64,000 nt of DNA from Promethearchaeota archaeon (GTDB lineage Archaea > Asgardarchaeota > Lokiarchaeia > Sigyniarchaeales > SOKP01), in NCBI GenBank assembly GCA_016840085.1, contig JAEOTA010000004.1, positions 251,957-315,956 of the forward strand. Reading direction: 5' to 3'. Shown here piece after piece: positions 48,626 to 59,057 of the stretch (position 1 is its first letter; each line of letters starts with the position of its first letter). The notes below the pieces were generated by a model that searched no databases, was not told the DNA's origin, and saw only the letters and a list, made by a program, of their open reading frames with translations. Made by a program: the position numbers and the translations under genes.

Positions 48626-48837
48626 TTTAGGTTAAGCCCAAAAATTTTAAATTGTAAATTCTCCAAGTATAATTTGAATATATTGTTTATAATTATAACT
48701 ATTGTAAAAATTTTTTCATCAAATTACTATTAGAAAACCTAATTACATAAAAGTGGGAAAATGATTAGTATCCTATAAGAAGTGTAAAATAAGCGAAATT
48801 AACCTTTCAAATTAAAATTAAGTAAAACTGAATGTAT

Positions 48838-49452
48838 TTAATTTGTCATTGTCCCACTAACAAGAAAATCTGTCAAATTATCAACAAGTTCTTCCTCTTC
48901 AAGGGCAAATTCGCTCCGAATCCACCAATTAAAGACTCCAAGTACAGTAGATGTCCAAACTCTAGCTGTTAACTTAGGATTCTGGTCACGAGCTCCGAAA
49001 TCTAACAGCTTTAAGATGATTTTTTCTACTTCTTTCGTAAAATTATCAATAATCTCGTTTCTTTTCGTTCTATATTTATTATTAATCCCACCCATTTGCT
49101 CAAGAAAAATGAGAAAAGTCTCTTTTTTGGCTCTAAATATTTTTGCATATCCTCGAAAAAGATTCTTAACAGCAGAGATTGGGGGAATTCTATTTTCTTG
49201 GAAATATATGAATAATTCTTTAAATTTACTTACCATAAGTTCAGCTAATCCACTAATTATAACCTCGAATACTTCCTCTTTACTTTTAAAGTAGTTATAA
49301 AAATTTCCCACAGAGGTTCCAGCTTTTTTTGTGATATCTTTTATACGAGTATTGTTAAATCCTTTTTCTTCAAAAACAGAGAGAGCTGACATTATAAATA
49401 GGTTCCTTTTTTCCTTCTTAATTATTTCAGATTTTTTTGCCCTTAAAGACAC
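48838..49452 (-). CDS. TetR/AcrR family transcriptional regulator
   Basis: ALSVFEEKGFNNTRIKDITKKAGTSVGNFYNYFKSKEE HTH. Confidence 0.92.
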   Translation of the reverse strand: MSLRAKKSEIIKKEKRNLFIMSALSVFEEKGFNNTRIKDITKKAGTSVGNFYNYFKSKEEVFEVIISGLAELMVSKFKELFIYFQENRIPPISAVKNLFRGYAKIFRAKKETFLIFLEQMGGINNKYRTKRNEIIDNFTKEVEKIILKLLDFGARDQNPKLTARVWTSTVLGVFNWWIRSEFALEEEELVDNLTDFLVSGTMTN

Positions 49453-49619
49453 TTAAACTCAACTCAAAAAATAATGGACATTTTATATCATAGTAAAATT
49501 CATTAAAATTATTATAACAGAGTATTTTTAATTTCCTTTCATTTTAAATTTTTTTTATCAAATATAAATCTTTAGTCTCTTTTCTTTTAAATCTGATACT
49601 CTCCTTCAATATTATTGGA

Positions 49620-50810
49620 ATGAGGTTGACAGAACAGATTCAATTAAAAAACACTACACAATTGTCTTATCTATGTCATTTATCCAATAATCTCTATAAT
49701 CTCGCCAATTACTATGTGAGACAAGAATTTTTTAATTTAGGAAATTGGTTGAGATATTATGATTTATGGTATATGCTAAAAGAGAAGGAACCATATAAAA
49801 AACTCCCTTCACAAACTGCTCAGCAAACTTTAAAACTCGTGGATAAGAATTGGAAATCATTTTTCCACTCTCTTAAAACCCATAAAAAGCACCCAGAAAA
49901 ATATTTAGGGTCTCCAAAACCGCCACGATATAAAAAGAAAGATGGCGAGTGTATGATTGGTTTCACAAATCAACAATGCAGGATCAAGGGAGGTTTTCTT
50001 TATTTCCCGAAAAAAACTCAATTACCTCCCGTTAAAACACGTATAAAAAGTAAATTACACCACGTCAGAATCATTCCTAAAGGATTGTATTATATCTTAG
50101 AAATTATTTATCAAAAAGATGTAAATGATTTGAATTTGGATAAAGAGAGAGTTATTGGGATTGATTTAGGATTGAACAATATCATAACTATGGTAAATAA
50201 TGCGGGGTTACAATCCGCTATTATTAAAGGTGGTAGTGTTAAATCTATTAATCAATTCTACAACAAACAACTTGCCAAATATAAAAGCATAAAGGATAAG
50301 CAATGGATTGGTTCTGAAACAAAAAGAATGCAATGGCTAACCCGTAAAAGAAACAATAAAATAAATGATATTTTTCATAAAATTTCGAGAGCAGTGATTA
50401 ATTACTGTATTGAACATGATTTTGGAACGATAATCATCGGCTATAATAAAAATTGGAAATATAAGATAACAATAGGGAAGAGGAACAACCAGAACTTTGT
50501 CCAAATTCCTTTTTCCAAATTAGTGTCCCAAATTAAATACAAATCAGATTTAATCGGGATCAATGTTATTTTAGAGCCAGAATCTTTCACTTCGAGATGT
50601 AGTTTCTTAGATAATGAATCAATTGTAAAGCATGAAAAATATCAAGGAAGACGTATTTGCAGAGGGTTATACTGCAGTCAAGAAGGGATCATTATCAATG
50701 CGGATGTGAACGGAGCATATAACATCCTTAAAAAAGCAGTCCCAAAAGCTATATCGGCAGATGGGATAGAGGGTGTAGGGTTACACCCACGTTCTATTAC
50801 GATTTCATAG
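49620..50810 (+). mobile_element. tnpB: RNA-guided endonuclease TnpB (IS200/IS605 family, solo IS1341-like; no TnpA seen)
   Basis: NLYN, IGIDLG (RuvC-I), ESFTSRCS (RuvC-II), NADVNGAYNI (RuvC-III). Confidence 0.92.
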
Positions 50811-50870
50811 CTGAAATAAGAAATAGAATAGAATTTTAATTTCATGAAGGAATATTAAAAATAACCTTAC
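50771..50870 (+). ncRNA. Probable omega/reRNA region at the TnpB right end (boundaries approximate)
   Basis: Hairpins GGGTGTA-gggt-TACACCC (50771-88) and ATTTCA-tagc-TGAAAT (50802-17) overlap the tnpB 3' end, the established location of TnpB guide scaffolds. Confidence 0.45.
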
Positions 50871-51081
50871 ATAAGAAATTATATTAAAATTTATTACTTT
50901 TTAAATTTCTAATTTTAATTGTTTTTTAAAGTTTCTTAGAAATCTGGAATCTTCTAATCTTTAAAAAAAAATGTCTAAATATTAGTAATAAATAGGAAAA
51001 TAATTAAAATTATATAAATGGGTTATTTTAATATCTTTTCTATAATATTTTGTCGTAACATAAAGGTAAGAAATTAATGAA

Positions 51082-51095
51082 TGAATGATCATTCA
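51082..51095. promoter_or_regulatory. Perfect 14-bp palindrome TGAATGATCATTCA, TetR-operator-like
   Basis: Read directly; extra TGAATGA half-sites on both sides. Confidence 0.45.
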
Positions 51096-51244
51096 GTGAA
51101 TGAGGATTCGGTTAAAAGTAAGAAAATTTAACCTTTGCAAGTGTAGGAAAAGATTTATATACTTAACTATCTTTATTAATAAAAATACTTATTTAATTAA
51201 AAAAACATTTGAATAAAACACAATCACTTGAGGTGAAGAAATAG

Positions 51245-51454
51245 TTGAGTATTATGAACCCTGATTTTCTATTAAAATTTGGTGAGATAAAGTTCGCTGA
51301 AGAAAACAGTATCCCGATTAATGATTTTGAACTTTCATTAAAAAGATATTTCTCAATGAAGGAGAAGATGCCACATGGAAGGTATAAATTCGGTGAAATT
51401 GACAATTCTTTTGTAAAGGATTTTACACGTTCTTTTTTGAGCTATTTTGAATAA
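51245..51454 (+). CDS. Small hypothetical protein
   Basis: SD GAGGTGA upstream of TTG; 69 aa. Confidence 0.55.
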   Translation: MSIMNPDFLLKFGEIKFAEENSIPINDFELSLKRYFSMKEKMPHGRYKFGEIDNSFVKDFTRSFLSYFE

Positions 51455-51674
51455 ATTATAAAACTAATTTTTTAATTGGTTTAAATATATTTCTTGTCTT
51501 TATTTTCTTAATTTCTAAACCCAAACCCAAAATTTTTAGAATTTTATTATCACTCAAATTCCTTTTGTAATTGCGGAGATATTAAAAAATAGCTTTAAGT
51601 GGGATTTTGAATAAATTTTTTATTAATTATTTTATTTAGATTTATAGTAAAAACGAAATTTCGGATAAACACAT

Positions 51675-52556
51675 ATGAGAATAGGATTTAAGAAAAAATT
51701 TTTTTTAATGTTTATATTTCTAATTTCCCCCTTTTTTGTCAATGTTAATAGCGTTGAGGGCGTAAAATCATCATCAGGGTATTCCCAACATCCAATATTA
51801 TTTCTCCATGGATGGACTGGCGATGCTAGTGGGTGGAATGCTATGAAAGATCGCTTTTATAATGATGGGTGGCCCTCTGAACTATTAAAAGCATTTACAT
51901 TTAGTGATTCTGGAGATTATTCTCCGAATGGCAATATACAGAATGCGGAAAGAATAAGATATTGGGTAGATGATATTTTGAATTTCACAGGCGCTGAAAA
52001 AGTAGATCTTATAGCTCATAGTATGGGAGGCCTTAGTAGTAGGTATTATATCAAACTTTTAGGTGGAATAAATAAGGTTGATGATTATGTATGTATGGGG
52101 AGTCCGCACCATGGTGTACCAGGAGGTACTAAAGTTTTTCAGCCCAATTGTACATTTTTATACAATTTAAACGATGGGGATGAAACTCCTGGTGGCATTC
52201 TAAATGATACAATAGGACCACGTGTAGATGTTATTGGGGGTGCTATCTATAACGGCACTCATACCGCAGGAAATATCAATTATACTTCAATTTATAGTAA
52301 TGGAGATACCATATGCTCACCTTATACAACCTCAAGACTTGATGGGGCAAATAATATAGAAGTAGACGGAATAGAACACATCGCAATGCTTTATGATGAG
52401 TCTCTCTATACTATAATCAAACATGCCGTATATGATGATCTCTCAAATGGTAATACTAATGACTCCTCAATTCCAGGATATAATTTATTAATCCTGTTAG
52501 GTTTGGTTTCACTATTCACTATCTTAATAATTAGAAGGCAAAAAATCAAAATTTGA
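51675..52556 (+). CDS. Secreted alpha/beta-hydrolase (lipase class 2-like) with Loki-CTERM-type sorting tail
   Basis: Signal peptide; LHGW, AHSMGG, GSPHHG, D and H candidates; C-terminal IPGY plus TM plus RRQK. Confidence 0.88.
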   Translation: MRIGFKKKFFLMFIFLISPFFVNVNSVEGVKSSSGYSQHPILFLHGWTGDASGWNAMKDRFYNDGWPSELLKAFTFSDSGDYSPNGNIQNAERIRYWVDDILNFTGAEKVDLIAHSMGGLSSRYYIKLLGGINKVDDYVCMGSPHHGVPGGTKVFQPNCTFLYNLNDGDETPGGILNDTIGPRVDVIGGAIYNGTHTAGNINYTSIYSNGDTICSPYTTSRLDGANNIEVDGIEHIAMLYDESLYTIIKHAVYDDLSNGNTNDSSIPGYNLLILLGLVSLFTILIIRRQKIKI

Positions 52557-52785
52557 TATTTCATTCGAATACGATCTTTTACTATTTTCTTCTTATTTTT
52601 ATTAAAAGTAAGCTATTTGAAAGATCCCTTTGAATCAATAAATTAAATAAGAGTATTATTCTTTATTGGTTATTATAGATTAGAATCAATAAATTTATAA
52701 GGCTCATTTATCGAGTACAATATAATAAAAAAAGTTTAATTTACTTAGATAACTATACTAATTGTAATAAAAACAAAAGTATATT

Positions 52786-53244
52786 ATGGTAGAAAACGAT
52801 AAAGAACTCTGCTGGACAATTAAGCTTGATTGGTTAAATATTTTAAATTTGCTTGACCTAACTAGTATCACTCAAATTCCTGAGTTTAAAAAAGAAAAAG
52901 CAATTAAAAAGGTCACTAGAATTTATGGTACAGAGAATCTTATGGAATTTGAGCCAGAACATCTTGATGAGCTTGTTGTAAATGAATTAAGAGAGTTAAT
53001 GAAAAAAGAATTAGATCTCAATAAAAGAAAGCAAGAAAGAATTGAACGAGAAATACGTAATAAGATAATACCACTAAAAAGAGGTGGTATTGTAAAAATC
53101 GATCCTCGCGACTTAAAAGATTTCAAAGGAGATCCAGAAGAAATGTTGAAGTATTTTTATAAAAAATTCCTTGGAGATAAGGATGATGATGACAAAGATG
53201 ACGACAAAGATAAAAAAGAAGATAGCACTGGTTATTATATTTGA
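52786..53244 (+). CDS. Hypothetical protein with acidic tail ending GYYI
   Basis: 152-aa ORF; coiled-coil middle; DKDDDDKDDDKDKKEDSTGYYI end. Confidence 0.75.
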   Translation: MVENDKELCWTIKLDWLNILNLLDLTSITQIPEFKKEKAIKKVTRIYGTENLMEFEPEHLDELVVNELRELMKKELDLNKRKQERIEREIRNKIIPLKRGGIVKIDPRDLKDFKGDPEEMLKYFYKKFLGDKDDDDKDDDKDKKEDSTGYYI

Positions 53245-53268
53245 TGAAATGATAATTAAATAAAAAAT

Positions 53269-54870
53269 TTAATATATTTTATGTTTTAAGAACTTTAGGT
53301 CTACTTGTTTTATCTTCCTATAGCTAAAATTGAAGATTAAATAAATTAATCCGGACCAAATTATCCAAGACATTGCCTGAAATGTATCTATATTTATAAT
53401 GTAATTAATAAAATCCTCCAACACATAAAATCCAAAATCATTCAAATCACCTGAAAAATCTACTACTTTTGGATTAAGATTAATCGCAATAACTTCATGT
53501 GTATTGTCCTTTAATGTATCAAAGATGTTAGCAATAGTTAGATTTGTTGGATCAGTTAACTTCAATTTAATGAAGGTGTTCAAATCCTCATTTGTATGAA
53601 TATCACTTCCTCCTATGCAGGTTAGATTATTACTTACACAATAATTCCTTATTTGTTGATATTTACCACCATACCCTCCGCTATTTACAATTTCAAATCC
53701 GTCTACGCCCCACTCTTTTAATTGATCTAATGGATATGGAACTCCAAAACCTCCATTTGGATTTGTGTCATAATTATAATGATTAACTGTAATATAACCT
53801 CCACTTCCTTTCACATAACTAATAGTGTCTGAAGCATTCATCGCCTTTGGGCCACCAGGAGTATATGATTGAAGGGGTACGATTTCTTCGGCAATACCAA
53901 AATAATTCATATGAATATCATTTTCATTATCTGTCCATTCCTCTGCCATGAAAACTATAAAATCTAAATCATGCTCTTCAACATATTTTTGAGCCAATCT
54001 AGCCCCTCTCATGTTATCATGGTCAGAAAAGGCTGCCCCTGATATGCCTTGCTTTATATACCAGTCAATTCTTTCTTCTACGGTAAACCAACCATCACTA
54101 AAGATAGTATGAACATGAAAATCGAATAGAAATTCATCATCTTCGAGTGGAACGATAGGCTTAATTTTATGGGGGGGGAATGGTGTAGAGATTAAAACAA
54201 TGTTAGTAGCTAATAATAAAACACCAATTCCAACGTAAAATACAGTTTCTCGTTTTATTAATTGTGTGTTTTTTTTTTTTTTTTGGTTTGAGATTTTCCT
54301 AGATAAGTTAAGCGTTAGTTTAGGATGAAATAATTTAAGCAAAGTGTAAGCTACTTTTATAAAAATGAGAATTATGGCAAGATGAACTCCTACTTGGACA
54401 GGTACCATAAAATATCTACTTATAAAGAAATATCCTTGCACAGCAAACCCAATAAGAATGTATATTCCGATTAGTAAAACAGTTAGAGTCAATATTTTAA
54501 AAGAAAAGTAAATGATATCAGCTAAAGGGTAAGTAATATAATTATATTTATCTGAACTAAACATGCCCTTTTTCTTTAAATATAAATAAATTATTCTCAG
54601 AATTGGGTAAATTATGAAAAATAGAATCAACCATGTAAATTCATACTCTAAAATGAAAGCAATCGCCATAAATGGCTCTATAATGTATCTTAGTAATGGT
54701 AAATTACTTGAATATTCTGAAGAAACATCAACTTGGCCAAGAGCATCATAGAATATTACAGTTCTTTTTCCAATAATTGATAAAACTACAAGGAAAACAA
54801 ACCATACTAAGAAAATAACAGAAATACTCGTGAAAAATTTATTATTTTTTATGAATGATTTAAACTTCAT
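53269..54870 (-). CDS. Membrane-bound PHP-domain metallophosphoesterase
   Basis: About 5 N-terminal TMs; DFHVHT..SDG, SDHD, EEW, NH, GGSDIH; C-terminal TM. Confidence 0.85.
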   Translation of the reverse strand: MKFKSFIKNNKFFTSISVIFLVWFVFLVVLSIIGKRTVIFYDALGQVDVSSEYSSNLPLLRYIIEPFMAIAFILEYEFTWLILFFIIYPILRIIYLYLKKKGMFSSDKYNYITYPLADIIYFSFKILTLTVLLIGIYILIGFAVQGYFFISRYFMVPVQVGVHLAIILIFIKVAYTLLKLFHPKLTLNLSRKISNQKKKKNTQLIKRETVFYVGIGVLLLATNIVLISTPFPPHKIKPIVPLEDDEFLFDFHVHTIFSDGWFTVEERIDWYIKQGISGAAFSDHDNMRGARLAQKYVEEHDLDFIVFMAEEWTDNENDIHMNYFGIAEEIVPLQSYTPGGPKAMNASDTISYVKGSGGYITVNHYNYDTNPNGGFGVPYPLDQLKEWGVDGFEIVNSGGYGGKYQQIRNYCVSNNLTCIGGSDIHTNEDLNTFIKLKLTDPTNLTIANIFDTLKDNTHEVIAINLNPKVVDFSGDLNDFGFYVLEDFINYIINIDTFQAMSWIIWSGLIYLIFNFSYRKIKQVDLKFLKHKIY

Positions 54871-54939
54871 AATAACTAATTTAATTAAACTAACTAATAA
54901 ATTTTAAAAAAATAAAGAGGAGTAACTCAATTAAAATTT

Positions 54940-56157
54940 TTAAGCTAATATATAATTATCTAATGTCTTTAGCGATTTCACATGTTTTTGATAAATCATA
55001 ACATCAACAACTGGTAGAGTATCACAAATCTTTCTTCTTAGATCTTTTTCGGTAATCTTACATGATTTAGAAGGTTCTATACCTTTTAACATCAAATATA
55101 ATAACGGCATTTGAGGATTAGATGGATGAATATCATAATTTAGATATTTTAACGAGGACTTTAATTTATTGAGTATAAATGTTACAAATTCCCGTTTATT
55201 TCTAATTTCAAAATTCAAATGAATTGTTTCCCATAAATATTTTCGATTTATTAAACGAATTATTTTAACTTGTTTATCAAATTTTTCAAAATTTTTTGAA
55301 ATTTCTACTAAGAAAATCCCTCTTTTAAATGAATTATCTATAGAGCATACTGCTTCTGGAGAACCTGGATTATATATCCAATCTTCAAGTATGAATTGTT
55401 TATGAAAATGACCCAAAGCCAAATAATTTACTCGATGTCGTAAAGGTTGAATATCGTCTAATTTAACACCAGGAACTGTTTCCATCTGACCTTCAATGCC
55501 AAAATGTTGTAAAAGAATGTTAAATAAACCATTATTTTTCAAAATTGCTTTTCTTATTTTTGAAAGGAAAGAAATTGGTTTTTCGCCAAGATAATGAGTG
55601 CCATAAATCATCACATCTTTAATTTGGATTTTTCCTCCTTTTTTTGTTTCAAAATTATAAGGTTTGAACATCTCTTCTGAAGGAGCTTCTAAATCGATAT
55701 CAAGGAGGACTATTAATCCTAAGCTATTTAAAAGTTTTAACCATGATTGACCTCTTCGTTCGAATCTAAATCCTCTTGAAAATTTACGGATATCATGATT
55801 TCCCTCTATTGCTATAATTAAAATGGAATTATTTGTAAATTCTTTGAAATCCATTAACATATTAACAATTTTAGTCAATTTTCCTGGCAACATTTCAAGG
55901 GAAGTAAATATATCACCACCTAATAAAATAAAATCAACATGAAAGTTTATTGCTAATTCTAATATTTCTTGAAATGCTCGAATGAAATCATCTGATCGAT
56001 ATTCATTTCGATACTGTGCTGTTCCTAGGTGTACATCACTGGCGTGAATAAATTTGACATTATTTTGAAATTTATTTTTAGAATCCTTTAAACTTTTGAA
56101 TTTAGTGTCGAAATAGTTATTGATTGTCATATGTAATAATGAATTAATTTTGTTCAA
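54940..56157 (-). CDS. Mre11/SbcD-like DNA repair metallophosphoesterase
   Basis: SDVHLG, GGDIF, GNHD, ALGHFH, NPGSPE motifs. Confidence 0.88.
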   Translation of the reverse strand: MNKINSLLHMTINNYFDTKFKSLKDSKNKFQNNVKFIHASDVHLGTAQYRNEYRSDDFIRAFQEILELAINFHVDFILLGGDIFTSLEMLPGKLTKIVNMLMDFKEFTNNSILIIAIEGNHDIRKFSRGFRFERRGQSWLKLLNSLGLIVLLDIDLEAPSEEMFKPYNFETKKGGKIQIKDVMIYGTHYLGEKPISFLSKIRKAILKNNGLFNILLQHFGIEGQMETVPGVKLDDIQPLRHRVNYLALGHFHKQFILEDWIYNPGSPEAVCSIDNSFKRGIFLVEISKNFEKFDKQVKIIRLINRKYLWETIHLNFEIRNKREFVTFILNKLKSSLKYLNYDIHPSNPQMPLLYLMLKGIEPSKSCKITEKDLRRKICDTLPVVDVMIYQKHVKSLKTLDNYILA

Positions 56158-56276
56158 ATTAGATTAATACTTATATACAAATGAGCTTTATAAGTGGTAA
56201 AAGTCTAACCAAGTAGTGAATAATAATTTTTTTGCATATATAACTTACAATAAATTATACAAGATTTAAAGGAAAA

Positions 56277-56852
56277 ATGAGAAATTCAAAACATAAATAT
56301 GAAACTGGTGTGATTCATGGAAGATTTCAAGTATTACATAATGATCATATTAAATACTTACTTGCTGGTAAGGAATTGTGTAGCCATCTTATCATAGGTA
56401 TTACTAATCCTGATCCCTCCTTCACAAAAGATTCAGAAGCAAATCCTCACAGGAGCACTCCTTTAGCGAATCCATTAACCTATTATGAGAGGTATGTCAT
56501 GGTACAAGCAGCACTTTTGGAACAAGGTTTAAGTTTGTCAGAGTTTTCTATTGTCCCTTTTCCAATAAATGTACCAGAACTTATTCAATATTATGTTCCT
56601 ATGGATGCCATATTTTTTCTTACAATCTACGATAATTGGGGTCGCCAAAAGAAAGAATATTTCAACGCGCTAGGCTTAAAAATATATGTGCTGTGGGAAG
56701 TTCCATTAGAAAAAAAAGGACTCAGTTCTAATGATATACGTGAATTTATGATTAAAGAAGAAGCATGGGAACATTTAGTCCCTAATAGTGTAGCGAAATT
56801 CTTAAAGGAATGGGACATTGCTCAAAGACTAAAAGAAATTGGATCAAAATGA
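56277..56852 (+). CDS. Nicotinate/nicotinamide-nucleotide adenylyltransferase (NadM-like)
   Basis: HGRFQVLHNDH, NPLTYYER, LSSNDIR, WEHLVP motifs. Confidence 0.85.
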   Translation: MRNSKHKYETGVIHGRFQVLHNDHIKYLLAGKELCSHLIIGITNPDPSFTKDSEANPHRSTPLANPLTYYERYVMVQAALLEQGLSLSEFSIVPFPINVPELIQYYVPMDAIFFLTIYDNWGRQKKEYFNALGLKIYVLWEVPLEKKGLSSNDIREFMIKEEAWEHLVPNSVAKFLKEWDIAQRLKEIGSK

Positions 56853-57018
56853 GAATCTTTCTTATAAATAAATTCATATATAAATGAATTCACTTTATTA
56901 CTTTATCTAAATATTACTTTAATTAATTATTAATATAAAATTAACAATATAAGAATTAAATTAATTCTTTTTTGGTGGAAAAAAAATCACTTCAAATCAA
57001 ATTTATCTTGATAGAGTT

Positions 57019-57738
57019 TTGGTAGTTTATATATTTCTACCAATTCTAGCGATCTTTTTTTCATTGTTGGCTTATCGAATATTAAAAAGAAAGAAACAAC
57101 GGTTAAATCTAATTTTTAGCTTATTCTTTATATGTACAATTATTGGAAATATATTCAATATGATTTATGTTCCTTTGGATCCATCTAAGTATAATATAGC
57201 TATAGTATTCCTTAATTTTATTGCAAATTTTTTCGTGTTTTTCGCTCCAATCTTTATTCTTATTGTAAATATAATCATCTTAGAATCAAGTGTAATATTT
57301 TCTGTAAAACGCCAAAACCGTTATGTTATTATTTATGGTTCTTTAGTTTTCTTCGGAATGTTAATACTTTTATTATTGCAAGTTTTATTTAAATTACCTG
57401 TAGGCCTTGTTATAAATGAAGATACTGGAAGACCAGAATGGAGTGTAGTATTCTTTATTTATGTGATTTCAATCATTAGTGGCTTTGCAGTTATCCCAAT
57501 AATTCGTACATCTTTAAAAATTTACTCTAGTTTAGAAAAAAGAGCGTTAAAAAAAAAATGGCTCTACTATTTTATTGGATCTTTAGGTGTGTTTAGTATC
57601 GCATATTTTATTTTTATAACTAATCTTGTAGCTAATGATAATGATACTCTTAGGACGATTATGTCGGTATATGGGCTTACAGTTATATTTTGGGCTTCTT
57701 TGATGTATTATGGAATTGGCTTTAAGTTAAAAAAATAA
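57019..57738 (+). CDS. Stand-alone seven-TM membrane protein
   Basis: Seven hydrophobic segments by eye; LAYRILKR, LNLIFS, PEWS, LKKKW motifs shared with nearby paralogs. Confidence 0.8.
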   Translation: MVVYIFLPILAIFFSLLAYRILKRKKQRLNLIFSLFFICTIIGNIFNMIYVPLDPSKYNIAIVFLNFIANFFVFFAPIFILIVNIIILESSVIFSVKRQNRYVIIYGSLVFFGMLILLLLQVLFKLPVGLVINEDTGRPEWSVVFFIYVISIISGFAVIPIIRTSLKIYSSLEKRALKKKWLYYFIGSLGVFSIAYFIFITNLVANDNDTLRTIMSVYGLTVIFWASLMYYGIGFKLKK

Positions 57739-57914
57739 AAACATTCTAAATATTTCTACTTAATGGACGTTTTACTCTTAAATTTTGATAACTCTGGATA
57801 TCCACTTCACTAAAGAAATTCCTTTTTTTCACGTGAAATAATAGAAAGTTTTATATAGAGTTTTAAAAAGTATTAATTAACTCTCAAAAAATAGTTGATG
57901 ATAAGGCGTTTTGA

Positions 57915-59018
57915 ATGCAAATAATTAGTAAAAAACATCTAATAGCACATGAAAAGGATATTTATTTTCGAAGGTTTGCTGCTAAAAATGGAGATGAATA
58001 TGGATTAAGATATGGAACTCAAAATGATGCAAAAGCGATTTCTATGATTTTTAAAGAAATTTATAATTATGAATATGCCTATCCCTTAGTTTATGATATA
58101 AATCATTTAAAAAGGGAGTTAGTAAAAAAAAATAATTTTTGGATTGTAGGTGAACTAACAGATAATAGAGAAATTGGTGGTTTTGGGTTAGTAGAGAAAA
58201 AAAGATATATTGCTCATGCTAGCCAGTGTGTTGTAAAGAAAAAACTTCAGGGTCTAGGAGTTGCAGCAAAACTTGGTGGGGCAGGTATTGTATCAGTAAT
58301 AAAAACACCTCCGTTCAAAGATGTGTTAAGACTTGACGGGGAAGCTCGAGGATTGAAAATTGGGGCACAAAAACTTATTCATAATGCTGGAGCAATACCA
58401 TATGGATTAATCCCAGCATATATCAATTATGGAGATAAAAGACGTTTTAAAGTTGACGATAATAACCCCGTTCCTCCATTACATGAAGAAGCTGCGTTTC
58501 TTTATTCAATTATATTTAGAAATTTATGGAAGAAACGAGATAAAAAAATCTATTTATTAAATAACGAGGATATAGTCTTTTTTTATAATTATGTTAAAAA
58601 AATGTCTAGAAAGATGAAAGATGATACCTTAATCTTAGAAAAGGGTAAAAAAAGTAAAGGATATGAACTTTATGGGGTTTCTAAAGACTTCTATGAAGGA
58701 AGAGTGAACATCTATGGATACATAAAAGAAAAATCATTAAATGACTTACTTAAAAGGTTTCAAAATTGGAGAATTATTTTATGGAGAATTCCTACAACTC
58801 AAAATGGAGTACATTCTATGTCTCTTGCTTTGGAAAAAGGATTTAATATCGTTGGATATGACTTAGGTTTCAATAATATTAATTGGACATTATTTGATTC
58901 AGTTATTATGGCATACTACCCTAACGGGGGATCCCACATTTTAAAAGTAAAATGTCTTGATGAGACTAAACCCCTTTTAAATAAGATTAGAGAATTATTT
59001 TTTTTTAGTGTAAATTAA
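57915..59018 (+). CDS. GNAT-fold protein
   Basis: CVVKKKLQGLGVA acetyl-CoA-binding motif A; AQKL..AG..PYG. Confidence 0.7.
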   Translation: MQIISKKHLIAHEKDIYFRRFAAKNGDEYGLRYGTQNDAKAISMIFKEIYNYEYAYPLVYDINHLKRELVKKNNFWIVGELTDNREIGGFGLVEKKRYIAHASQCVVKKKLQGLGVAAKLGGAGIVSVIKTPPFKDVLRLDGEARGLKIGAQKLIHNAGAIPYGLIPAYINYGDKRRFKVDDNNPVPPLHEEAAFLYSIIFRNLWKKRDKKIYLLNNEDIVFFYNYVKKMSRKMKDDTLILEKGKKSKGYELYGVSKDFYEGRVNIYGYIKEKSLNDLLKRFQNWRIILWRIPTTQNGVHSMSLALEKGFNIVGYDLGFNNINWTLFDSVIMAYYPNGGSHILKVKCLDETKPLLNKIRELFFFSVN

Positions 59019-59057
59019 TTCATTTCTACTAAATTACTTTAATTTTATACTTTTCAT

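Noticed and set aside
49620-51244. TnpB as a Cas12f-type CRISPR effector
   Set aside because: No repeat-spacer array or cas genes are visible anywhere in the window
45283-56852. pncB and the nadM-like gene as an NAD-salvage or defence operon
   Set aside because: They are about 10 kb apart with unrelated genes between; ordinary housekeeping is sufficient explanation
57019-57738. 7TM proteins as rhodopsins
   Set aside because: No retinal-binding Lys is evident within the seventh helix
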